A DNA stretch of 63,902 nucleotides from Rhina ancylostomus (Eukaryota). Positions 52,805-63,902 of the stretch are shown in pieces (the first letter of the stretch is position 1; each line of letters begins with the position of its first letter). The stretch covers positions 18,947,619-19,011,520 of the forward strand of contig JARFYF010000053.1 in NCBI GenBank assembly GCA_030265395.1, given 5' to 3'. The notes below the pieces were generated by a model. It saw only the letters and a list, made by a program, of their open reading frames with translations, made no database searches and had not been told where the DNA came from. The translations under genes and the position numbers were made by a program.

Positions 52805-55800
52805 CTGGAAAGTAAACATTGTTAGATTTCATCATCAACATATTTTCAGTAACATTATGGGGCGGAGCTGCCTGGAAAAATCATGTTGTGTCTCAATCTT
52901 GATTAAAATGGGGAGGTTTCAGGCAGTATTAAAGGAAAAGAGAGTTAAAGAGAGAGAAGGGTTTAGGAAAAGTTTTCCAGAATGTTGAGTATGGCTGCCA
53001 AAGACAGGGCAATAGGAAAGGACGTAGCTTTTCAGGCTAAAGAAGCTTAGCTTATAGATTTAGGCTTGAATAGAAGGATAAGTGCTTTACAGCATTGATA
53101 TGAACAGCAATTCTGCATCTGTAATTAATGTTTTCAAAGGGTTGCAGGTGGATGTAGAATAGGAGGTAAATAGCGAATGGTGACTCCTTGTGGTGATAGT
53201 GGGAATGGTGTGAGGTTGAAATGGAAAACTATTAACAGTTTGCAATCAGTTGGACCAGAATAGAACCAAACAGTGGCACTACCAGAAAGATAAACATATG
53301 TAGCATACAGAGGGGGAGGACATGGTCAAATTTGTCATCGGTAGAACACAGGAAGGACGATGTCCATGCTGAGTCACAATATCAACAAACAATCGATAAA
53401 ATTGCAAAACAGCTAAGTGCAGGTGAACACAGATGAGTAAATATATGTCACTGGTATCAAGAAAGTAAATATTGTTGGATATGGCCATTAACTTGTTTCC
53501 AGTAATACCTGAATGTTCCTTATCATGANNNNNNNNNNTATCATGAATACACTTGGCCACAAATACAAGCACACTGTGGTTGTAAATTTGCCAGCGATTG
53601 GAGGACTATATCGAACAGTCTCTTGCTCATTTTACAGCTCGATTTTGGAATTCACTAACATGCTTTTGGACCATTATTTCTTCATTATTGCCCACTCAAC
53701 CTTGAGAAAGATTGGCAATGAAGCAAAATCCCTTCAGAGAATGGTGATACTTCCAATGCTCTGCAGTGTTTCAAATTTCCCCTCCCACCACATTCTGCTC
53801 CTATCATCGAATTTGCATCAGAAACTTCATATAAGTATGATAATGAGTGTCACCTTGAAGCTGTAAAAAATTCCAGTTTAGAAATGCGTCAGTAAAGTTC
53901 AGTCCAGGAGCTTAATAGAGCATTTCTTTTGAAATGAATTTGGATACTATCATGCCTTTTACACCTCATTTTCTATGTGCTTCTTTCATTTCTCTTAACT
54001 TGAACTAATGCATTTTTGTGAGACTAGACCAATTTCAGTTTTTTAGAGTACTTTATATTTCAGACAAGATGTGACCATGAACATGCAAAGTAAAATATAT
54101 AAAATAAAACTTTGAATCAATTAGCTATCATAAAGAGTAATTTAAAGAAAACACTCCAATCTTCCAGTTGACAGGCTTATTTATTGTTTTCCTGAAAAAC
54201 TTTTCTTCATTCTCTTTTAAAATTATTCATTTTTAAAAATTTTCCTTCAATGTCCAGGGTTCTCTGCAGATTTTGAGGTATCCACCTATTACAGAAGATC
54301 TCAATCATCTTTCATCTCTAAGGACATCAAGATACAAATACAGCTATGGATGAGGGGCAGGTAGTGAGGATGGATGGACCCCTTGATGGCTGTTACCCAA
54401 ATGTTTGAATGACNNNNNNNNNNNNNNNNNNNNNNNNNNNNNGAACGCCCTTCCACCTGCCCACACCATCTCAATACCCACTGTGTCATGTGGCCATAGC
54501 TCTAGGTGAAGACGGAGCATAGACTCTTCCAGGATGCAAATATTACAGACAGCTTGGAGATCCATGAATCTGTTTGCAAGTTTACTGCATGGGACAACAT
54601 TCTCAACTGTTAGTTGCTAAAGAAATATGGGAGGCCTCCTGTGTGGAGAGCCCTACAGAGGTGACCGGCAGATGTCAAAACTATCTGTTAAAAAGGTGAG
54701 GACTTGGACGGCGTACAAGACATGTCCATCCAGAAGACCCCTGTGTGAGTGTGAAATGACACTGAGGGGATTCCTGAGAGACAGTTTAAATTTGGTCAGG
54801 CCAGCTCCTGAGGAAGGTTTAAGGCCTAGGCTCTAAATAACATCTCTGGCTAAGCAGGAGTCAGTCTGGTGAAAGTGATCCCACACACCCTCGAGTCACC
54901 TTGAAGTTCCAGTGAATTGGGATCACGTGTCATCTCTGACATTCTGGAGACTTTGGCCTTGGTGATGAATCAGCAGCCCCAGATCACTGGTGCCAACCAG
55001 TTTATTCTTCCACCCTCTCATTCATCCCAGACTCCAGTCAATCTGTCAGGCTGAGACCCTCCCNNNNNNNNNNGTGGGGGGGGGGGGGGGGAGCTTCAGC
55101 CTTGAGTTACCATACTTAAGGCTCTGACCAGACTGTGGAAAAGGCGAGCAATCTCCTCAGGTAAACAGATCTAATGCCTGCTAAAGGCAGCTGCTTGTTA
55201 TCAAAAGACCAGACTTCTGGCAGAAGAAAAAAATTCACCCAGCCACATCATCTAACAGGCTGTTCCATATTCAAATATCTCCAAAGGCAGAGGGTCACAG
55301 CCTGGGTATAGTTACACACCAGCAGTTTACTATCCTCTTCTATCTGCATATAGAATTAATGCTTCCTTGCTGTAAGCAACAAAAGCTGGGAGCAGGATTT
55401 TGATGTGGCTGGTTCTGGGTTTTGGGTAAATAATGTTCTCTCCATTAAACCCTTCATGAATAAGATCAATTGCCCAAGTGTCACTTCATCCATTTATTTA
55501 CTTGCAGGCCTATCCATGTGGCTCTTTGTCTCATCAGTACCACCTCTTTGTTCTTTCCACACCCAGAGTGGAGGTTTAAAAAAAGCAAGCTGTACAGTGT
55601 CAAAATTGATTTGGTACCCTCCAATGATTAATGAGTCAGGGGCAAGATTCACAGAGCATCAGAGTGAAAAAGTATGATTGTCAAATTCCACAAGTGGCCA
55701 GATCTGCTGGAATATGAATGTTCAATATTAACAGACTCTATGGCCTGGACGGTAACAATAATTTAACAGGCACACTTCGTAAGTGCCTTTTGAAATTTGT

Positions 55801-56999
55801 TGCTAATGAAGATGTAGAACCTGATTTTGAAAATGGATGGCTCACATGCAGTTGTTACAATATTACGCACTCATTGCTTCTAACCAGGGATAAATTTCAA
55901 GTAATTGCTTTCTTAAAATACCTGCATAAATTAATTTAATATTAAAACTGAACACCTCATTCCTTAATTGTTTCCATAATGAAATAACTCATGGCTTGAA
56001 AAATCCTAAAAGGTCATTGGCACTTCTATCAGAAAATCTAGACTCATCAGTTGCCAAAGCATGCATACACTTGCATCAAAATTGTCGTCGTAAAAATTGT
56101 CAAACATGCCATTTTTCAATCTCTTCTGAAGAATTCCTTCTAACTTTGGGCAGAAAAAGTTGGAAGTAAAGCTGCCTGTGTATATATATCTGCCTTTTTT
56201 AAAGTGCTTTGATTTTTTTTATTCTTGTTGACTTTCCATTTTAAACTATTTGCTAGCTTGGTATAATTTCTCAAATTCAGATTATGAAGTTAGGGCGTGC
56301 CAGTAATTTTTCAGGAGTAAGAATAATCAGGTCAACAGGTTATCTGGTCATGGAGAAATCCAAACATGCACCAATAAATCTAAGTAACCATCAATGCTAT
56401 AAGATGCCATGTTCCTTCAAAATGTCATTGCATTACCCAATTTAATAAAGAATATTTTGCCTAATTCTTTTCATGAAAACAATCTGCTTTTAACTTTAGA
56501 TTGTGTTGTGGATTATTTCTTAGCTTGAAACTTTGTGATGGAATCATCTATCAAATAACTAACCTTACGTACATGATTATAAGGCAAACTGATTTAAGAA
56601 CACTTTGAAGATTGCAAGCAAAACAAACAGTTTAAAAAGAATTGGAAGCTGTAGGCATGATTGACTCTACACAGATGGTTGTGAAGCGATCTCTCTTGGG
56701 ATATCAGTTACTGAGAGTAATTTTTCTGTCAGCTCCTGGCCAGAGAGAGTAACTACACCATGCAAAGTAGGGACACACCCATGATTTTAGAAAAATAGTG
56801 ACGCAAAAATTTGTGTGGAAGAAAATTGTTTCATTGTATATATATTTCAGTGAATTCTTTTATCCTTTGTTGTTAATGGTGTTTGTTCTGTTTCATTCTG
56901 CTCTTCTAATGTTCTATTATTTAAACACAAAACTGTGGCAATACCATCATTCTACTCTAGTGTGCTTAAAATTGGTTGTTAGTGGGTGACTTTCTCTGA

Positions 57000-58950
57000 A
57001 TTGTTACTTCACTGAGTCGGGTGTCACATGATTGACTGGTCTCTGGCTCGTAACAGTTCTGTGTGAAGGCTTATCAAATCAGTTTGGACCCCCTTTGAAG
57101 AAAAGGAGATACAATGCTGAGCTCCTGGTCACAAGGATTGAGGAACTAATGAAATTACACAGTCAACGAGGAAGCAAGACTACAGAAGATGTGGACTATA
57201 GCAAGTGAGTTGGGAACCTCATCAGAACACAAAGGTAGCATGTCAAGTCCAAAGCTGGACTTTGATTCAACCAGTTGGGGAATTATGACTGCAAATTGAG
57301 TTCTGGAAAAGATTGACTGAGTAACTCGGATCAGATATATTATGAGGCTTACAGAGCACATATAGATATAGGAAGAAATCAATACCAGCTTGGAGTATCT
57401 AAAGCTGTTCCTTCTCCCAAATAATATTACAGAGGCAACAGGAGATTGTGATAGTGAATGTGACCCCATTCGGAAGTGAATAAAAGGCGTCCTTCTTGTG
57501 GAAGAGTGCCTGAATGTATCTACCATGTTAGTTAATCAATGAGCACCTTACCAGTTGATGCACACTTCAACAAAGTTTTAGCAATATTACAGAGCCATTT
57601 TAACCTAGTGCCCTGGGAAACTTTTGAACCTGTGATTAAAATCCAAGGGAAGCAATCAGCGATTTCTTTGGTGAATTAAAGAACTTGTCATATCACTGTA
57701 ATTTTGGTATATTTCCAAACTAAATGTGCAAGAATGATTTGTGTGTGATCTTGAAAGTAGGCATATTTCAGCTAAGCTCAAGTACACCAAATCTCACATT
57801 TGAAAAGAAGTGTAAGATTGTGCCTGCTATGAGAATAGTGTAAGAAAATGCAGGGGAATTCTATTTGTTGCAGGGTGCAGATGTGCTGGTACATGTTGGG
57901 AGTAAAACATGAGTGATCTATAGGCTGTGATAAGCTTTATAAAGCTCTGATCATGCAACCACAAGAGGGTGTCTTAGTAGGAAAACCAGTTGACATTTCA
58001 GGATGAGCAATTAGCTTTAATTATGTCCATTCATAACAGTTCACTGTTTTCACACTAACTGCAGACACATAGCAAGTTTCTACAAAGGCAGACAAAGCAC
58101 ACCAAGTATGGATGGTTAGAGTCCAAAAGAATTCGGATGGCAAGGAAGATGATTTATGAAGAGATCTCTCAGCAATGCACAACACATCACTGAGGTCAAT
58201 AAGGACAACGAGGAATGCATTTTAAATGGGATTAATGCCTTGAGCAACAGCCAAAAGGCAAACAGCAGCGATTTTAAGAACAGTTTGAATATATGGATGA
58301 AACTTAGAGATGAACATGGATACTTTTGCAAACTGTTTAGCCATGGGGATAGACATATAAAGTAAAAGGTTCAGTCGGACACATTATCCAACAGCAATAT
58401 ATTGCTACAGATATAGTTAGATGAGATACTGAAGTCAATAGCTGTCTCACCACTCAGGTGGACAGGCTACATATGCTGATTGTCAGATCTTTCTGAAAGA
58501 CAAACTGCAGCAATTGCACATTGAGATGAAAATCAACAAGACTTCTTCTTGGTCACCAAGCAAGCATCCTCACATACATCAAGACTAAAAATATTGTGTG
58601 TGGCAAAGAATTTCACCTCATAAGTTGATAGCGTCTTCCACCAGTGGGTGAAACAAGGACATCAACATTCAAGAAGCAGAGTTAACAATCATGGCATTAA
58701 ATAGCCCTATTCAACCAATGTCACTGGACAGAGATTAGAAAAAGGTGCTGAAACTTGACAAGAATCACATATTCAGCCTCCGTGCAGTGCATCTCAGAAC
58801 AAGCTCGAACTCTCTCACCCTGGTGTTCAGGACCACATTCACTGCCTTCAGTGGAAGCTGGCCAGATGCTTGGCAGTTTTCAGTCTTACAGCCTCACAAT
58901 CAGGAATAAGGAAGTAGAAACTGATACTGCAGCCAGCACCCAGGAAAACA
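57000..58950 (+). mobile_element. Decayed Ty3/Gypsy LTR retrotransposon internal region (gag-protease, possible integrase tail)
   Basis: PBS-like aca.agtcaacgagga (~57155-57172, degenerate TGGCGACGAGGA). Gag-like pieces across frameshifts: QLGNYD, LFLLPNNITE, ILQSHF, EAISDF..ELKNLSYHCNFG, PNLTFEK. Protease-like EMNMDTFANC at ~58307-58336. Confidence 0.6.
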
Positions 58951-59179
58951 AAAGTTGATATGATTAAGAAAGATAGAGATGAAGCTGAGTCAGTGAAACC
59001 TAGAAAAAAAGCACAGAAAGAGCAGAAGTCAGTGACTCCAGTAATAGGACAGAAATATTGCAGTTGTGTCTTTTCACTGTTTGTGGTAAACCCAAAATCA
59101 TTGAAGGAGTTTGAGGAATTGAAGAAGACCTTTAATGATATGTCAAAGGAAAGGATGAATTGGTTTTAATGTTCAAATT

Positions 59180-59650
59180 GGGCCTGCACGGCAGTGTAGC
59201 AGTTAGCGTAACGCTTTACAGCACCAGCAACCCTGGTTCAATTCCCACCACTGTCTGTAAGGAGTTTCTCCCTGTGTCTGCATGGGTTTCCTCTGGGTGC
59301 TCTGGTTTCCTCTCACATTCCAAAGACATACAGGTTAGGAAGTTGTGGGCATGCTATGTTGGCACCAGAAGCATGGTGACACTTGCAGGCNNNNNNNNNN
59401 NNNNNNNNNNNNNNNNNNNNNNNNNNNNNNNNNNNNNNNNNNNNNNNNNNNNNNNNNNNNNNNNNNNNNNNNNNNNNNNNNNNNNNNNNNAGGCGTACAG
59501 GTTAGGAAGTGGTGGGCATGCTATGTTGGCACCAGAAGCATGGTGACACTTGCAGGCTGCCCCCAGAGCACTCTATGCAAAAGATGCATTTCACTGTGTA
59601 TTTTGATACATATGTGACTAATAAAGATATCTTACCTTATCTTATCTTAA
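59180..59650 (+). mobile_element. V-SINE spanning a gap
   Basis: gcacggcagtgtagcagttagc head, GGTTCAATTCC B box, V-domain core, and an (atctt)n tail. Confidence 0.88.
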
Positions 59651-59948
59651 AAGAAATTTAGTTATGTCGACTCTGAGATTGAGGAACAACCAGAAAAAGC
59701 ATTGGTTTTTAATCAGAACAAATTATTGGGGCATGCAATCAAATTTTACATAGCATGCAGTAAATAAAATAATTCAAATAACAGAAATCAAAAAATTGCA
59801 AAACATAGATGTAAGCAAATGTTTTAAGATGCTATTAGCATCAGAATTTCCATCAATTGTGATGGATCAGGAATGCGAGGCATTGTGTCTGTTGAATCTG
59901 AAAGTTAAGAGGCCACAGAAAGAGCACTGAAACAGAACCAGAATACTG

Positions 59949-60172
59949 GAGACACAAGAAACTGCAGCTGCTGAAATGTGGAGCAGCAAACAATTTGTAA
60001 GAGGAACTCAGTGGGTCAAGAAGCACTGTAGGAAGAAAGGAATTGTCAATGTTTCAGGTCAAATGCAGTCCTGATGCAGGGTTTCAACCCAAAATATCGA
60101 CGATTCCTTTCCTCCACAGATGCTGCTCAACCTGTAGAGTCCCTCTAGCAGCTTGTTTGCTGCAACAGAATA
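59949..60172. mobile_element. MER6-like palindromic Penelope derivative with a central degenerate hammerhead
   Basis: Arms of ~80 bp in inverted orientation (gcagcaaacaa..gaggaactca..aaaggaattgtcaatgtt / aatatcgacgattccttt..agtccctctag..ttgtttgctgc) around cagtcctgatgcagggtttcaacccaaaa. Confidence 0.75.
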
Positions 60173-60639
60173 CCGGAGTTGAAGATCATTCCAACATTGT
60201 TGACTTCACTGGCAACAAAAGCCTAATCAATGATAAATAGAGATAAAAATAAAATGGCTCCAATATTTCTGTTTAAACAATATGGCACCTTCTGCTGTAG
60301 AAAGGGTTCTTCAGAACATTCTTGAAAAGGGATCATGGATTAAAATATCGAGAAAGGATCACAAACACTAAGGATTTGCAGTTGTTGAATTTCAATCTAT
60401 CGAGGAGGCTAAAGAGACAAAAGAATATTCCAGCAATATTCACATTGGGAGGGGAACAGGGGAACGGTAGGTTGGAATTCCTCAGTCAAGGACAAAGAAG
60501 TAATAAAGATCTCAGCAAGAACATGACTAACCTTGATGTTTCTTCTGACAGGACTGATAAAATGATGATAGGAACTGTTGACCTCTATTGTGCTGTATGG
60601 TTCTATGGTATTTGGACTTATGAAAATTGCATCCAATGA

Positions 60640-62515
60640 AAATGTGTAATTGGTTGAAGGAAAGTAAATGGAGAGGGTCTTGGGATAGTATACATTACAG
60701 TAGAGGAACTGCTGGATGTCTTAAAAGCTATGAAGGTAGACAAATCTCCAGGGCTGACCAGGTATATGCAAGAACACTGTGGGAGGCTGGAGAAGAAATT
60801 GCAGGATTCCTAGCTGAGATATTTGTATCAGTGTTAGCCATTAGAGAGGTGCTGGTAGACTGGAAGGTAGCAAATGTTTTGCCTTTATTTAAGAAGGGCA
60901 GCAAAGAAAAACTTGGGAACTATAAGCCAGTAAATTACAAGATCACACAAGATCACAAGACAAAGGAGCAGAATTAGGCCATTCGGCCCATCGAGTCTGC
61001 TCCATGAGCTAAACTTAAACTATTCCTATCTAGTCCCAGTTTCTGGCCTTAACCCCATTATCGCTTGATATCTTGACTAATTAGATACCTATCAATCTCC
61101 ACCTTAAACGCCCCCAATAATTGGGCCTCCACAGGTGTACTTGGCAAAGAATTCCATAATTTCACTACCCTCTGGCTAAAGAACTTTCTCCTCATTTCTG
61201 TTTTAAACTGGTACCCTCTAATTCTAAGATTGTGCCCTCCAGTCCTGGACTCACCCACTAAGGGAAACAGCTTAACCACAATCGAACATTTGTGGTTGGT
61301 AAATTACTGGAGAGGACTCTGAGGGATAAAATACATGTATATCTGGAAAGACAGGTTGATTAGGGGAAGTTAGCATGGCTTTATGCACGGGAGATCATGT
61401 CTTACAAACCTGAATGAGGTTTTTGATAATGTGACCAAGAAAGTTGATAAGGCAGGGTGGTAGACATGCTTAATGTGGACTTTGGTTACACCTTTGGTAA
61501 GGTTCTACATGGTAGGCCGCTCTGGAAGATTAGATCACATGGAATCCAAGGAGAGATTGTCATGGTTCTGAGTTCTGGTCCTCAATTTGGCTCCATTAAT
61601 CTCTGAGGCAAGATTCCTTCCAGTTACTGCCTGTGTTTGTCCTGAGGAAGTATCCTGATTCCAGTCTTGTATCANNNNNNNNNNNNNNNNNNNNNNNNNN
61701 NNNNNNNNNNNNNNNNNNNNNNNNNNNNNNNNNNNNNNNNNNNNNNNNNNNNNNNNNNNNNNNNNNNNNNNNNNNNNNNNNNNNNNNNNNNNNNNNNNNN
61801 NNNNNNNNNNNNNNNNNNNNNNNNNNNNNNNNNNNNNNNNNNNNNNNNNNNNNNNNNNNNNNNNNNNNNNNNNNNNNNNNNNNNNNNNNNNNNNNNNNNN
61901 NNNNNNNNNNNNNNNNNNNNNNNNNNNNNNNNNNNNNNNNNNNNNNNNNNNNNNNNNNNNNNNNNNNNNNNNNNNNNNNNNNNNNNNNNNNNNNNNNNNN
62001 NNNNNNNNNNNNNNNNNNNNNNNNNNNNNNNNNNNNNNNNNNNNNNNNNNNNNNNNNNNNNNNNNNNNNNNNNNNNNNNNNNNNNNNNNNNNNNNNNNNN
62101 NNNNNNNNNNNNNNNNNNNNNNNNNNNNNNNNNNNNNNNNNNNNNNNNNNNNNNNNNNNNNNNNNNNNTGAGGGGCATAGATAGGGTGAATGCACTCAGT
62201 CTTTTTCCCAGAGTTGGGGAATCAAGAACTAGAGGGCATAGGTTTAAGGTGAGAGGGGAAAGATTTAAGAGGAACTTGGAGGCAACCTTTTTACACAAAG
62301 GGTGGTATCTATGTGGAATGAGCTGCCAGAGGAAGTGGTTGAGGCAGGCACAATAATAACTTTTAAAAGACAGTTGGACAGGTGCATGGATTGGAAAGGT
62401 TTAGAAAGTTATGGGCCAAACATTGGCAAATGGGACTAACTTGGATGGGGCATCTTGGTTGGCATGAACCAGTTGGGCCTAAGGACCTGTTTTCATGCTG
62501 TATAACTCCATAACT
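60640..62515 (+). mobile_element. CR1 ORF2 carrying a nested antisense CR1 3' end (~60937-61283) and a nested LTR (from 61558)
   Basis: DWKVANVLPLFKKGSKEKLGNYKPV resumes after the insert as VVGKLLE, then HGFMHGRSCLTNL. The 3' part reads RGIDRVNALSLFPRVGESRTRGHRFKVRG. The insert is ORF 61058..61279 (-). Confidence 0.93.
61558..61674 (+). mobile_element. LTR 5' part (same family as 39008-39238) running into an assembly gap
   Basis: tgtcatggttctgagttctggtcctcaatttggctccattaat and tatcctgattccagtcttgtatca are near-exact reverse complements of 39196-39238 and 39060-39083. Confidence 0.8.
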
Positions 62516-63189
62516 AAGAATGGAAGATGATTGTGAAACTGTACTCGACTGATTGATCTAAGTATAAGAAGCAACAAGGTGGTCACAGAGCCAATGGATC
62601 TAAAAGTAGAAAGATGGCAGCATTCTAGAGGGACACATAGCCTTTTGTTCATATCATCCTAAAACCAACTGCTAATGCTGTGGCTGAGGTACTTGAGATT
62701 GCCTTTGGTTGATTTTTGTAATTGGACAATAGACAACAGTTTTAATTTTGACAGTGAACCTTCAAGCTTTAATTTGGACAAAGGGCAATTTTTTTTACAA
62801 AATAGAGGAATGATGGATTCATTTTGTGCTTGAAGTAGATATTATTGTAGAACATGAAGAAAGCACAAAGGAAGTGACAAGAAAGTCCATGAGAACCTCT
62901 GGTGAATCCTGAAGTGAAGGTACGAAGTGCTATCCAAGGGAAATATTGAGACTTCGGTCAACTAGGCACCGTTGTGCAACTTCAAAGAAGACCTGTGATA
63001 CATTTAACTTTATAATTGTTTATTTAGTATTTACAGATAATATTCTTCTCTTTTGTTTCTGAAAGAAGCAAGTCCAGTTGAATGTGTTTGGTTGTAAAAG
63101 GTGCCTGTTTCTTTAACACTGCTACCTCATTAATGACAATGTCCTGTGGTCAATCGTTCTCTGGGTTTCAAGAATGGTTTGTAAAGGCT

Positions 63190-63632
63190 CACTGAATGAG
63201 GCAAATTCCTGTGATGAGAGGGCTGCCCTTTCAACAGAAGCTAGACAGCATGGGTCTGAGTTCTTTCGAGTTCAGAAGAATAAGGGTTGACTTATTCAGA
63301 CATTTGGGATCCTATAGGGCTTGGCAGGGTAGAACCAGGGGTCACATTTGTAAAAACAAAGGATTAGTCATTCAGATTGCAGATGAGAAAAACATTTTTT
63401 TCACCCAGAGGCTGGTGAATATTTGGAAATTTCTACTTAAGAGGGCTATGGAGATTCAGCCGTTGGGTATATTCAAGAGATTGAGAGATTTCTAAATATG
63501 AAGAGGATGAAAGGTTAGGAAGTTAGTGCAAGAAATGGTTCTGAGGTAAAAGATCAGCCATGATTTTATAGGATATTTGAACAGTCACAAGAGGCCAAAT
63601 GGTCTATTTCTGTATTTATGTTTTATGTTCTG
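63190..63632 (+). mobile_element. Old CR1 3' fragment
   Basis: MRGLPFQQKLDSMGLSSFEFRRIRVDL...FFTQRLVNIWKFL. Confidence 0.8.
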
Positions 63633-63902
63633 TAATTAAATTGAGAAGGTTCTTGCTCTTACAACAATAGTATGTCCCTGGGCATTTTACTGTTAATGAA
63701 ACACTTCTTAAGATGTACAGACTCCAGAAAAGGAAACATCTTAGCTAATTTACTTGCAGCAAGACACCACAGACAATAATTAGAAAGTGAACAGATCATG
63801 GCTTAGGAATTCCAATGCACTCAAAAAAGTATAGTGTAGGATTGTTTTGATGGTCGATTTACTGCATTTCACCACCCAGGCCTCAGTCATGAGAGCAGGC
63901 AT

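Noticed and set aside
55064-55092. G-run as a G-quadruplex element
   Set aside because: It abuts an assembly gap, so the sequence is unreliable.
59328-59557. ~60-bp direct repeat flanking a 100-N gap (also tatcatga on both sides of the gap at ~53529)
   Set aside because: Typical unmerged contig overlap, i.e. an assembly artefact.
1-63902. CRISPR arrays, operons, intact tRNA/rRNA genes or other prokaryotic systems
   Set aside because: No regularly spaced repeat-spacer arrays or gene-dense segments. The tRNA-like A/B boxes belong to SINE heads.

Overview
This is repeat-rich, AT-rich vertebrate genomic DNA from a gapped draft assembly. The repeat repertoire points to a cartilaginous fish, probably a ray or shark (inference). 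Roughly half the window is decayed retroelements: CR1 LINEs (one with an SGNH-esterase ORF1), L2, Rex1/Babar, a Tx1-like L1, Penelope-like elements with degenerate hammerhead ribozymes and MER6-like palindromes, V-SINEs, a decayed Ty3/Gypsy internal region and two copies of one LTR. I found no intact recognisable protein-coding gene, rRNA, tRNA or CRISPR array, and nearly all listed ORFs are TE remnants or noise. The unique sequence looks like a large intron or gene desert. It holds (i) several minus-strand microexon candidates, the best being 12 nt at 12403-12414 and 9 nt at 52796-52804 (the latter with a decayed local duplicate); (ii) three well-formed plus-strand exon candidates that splice into a 66-aa ORF of unknown identity; (iii) an inverted duplication with a 46-bp perfect core; and (iv) a short foreign-looking segment that is not CpG-depleted. 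Repeat boundaries are approximate and were read by eye.
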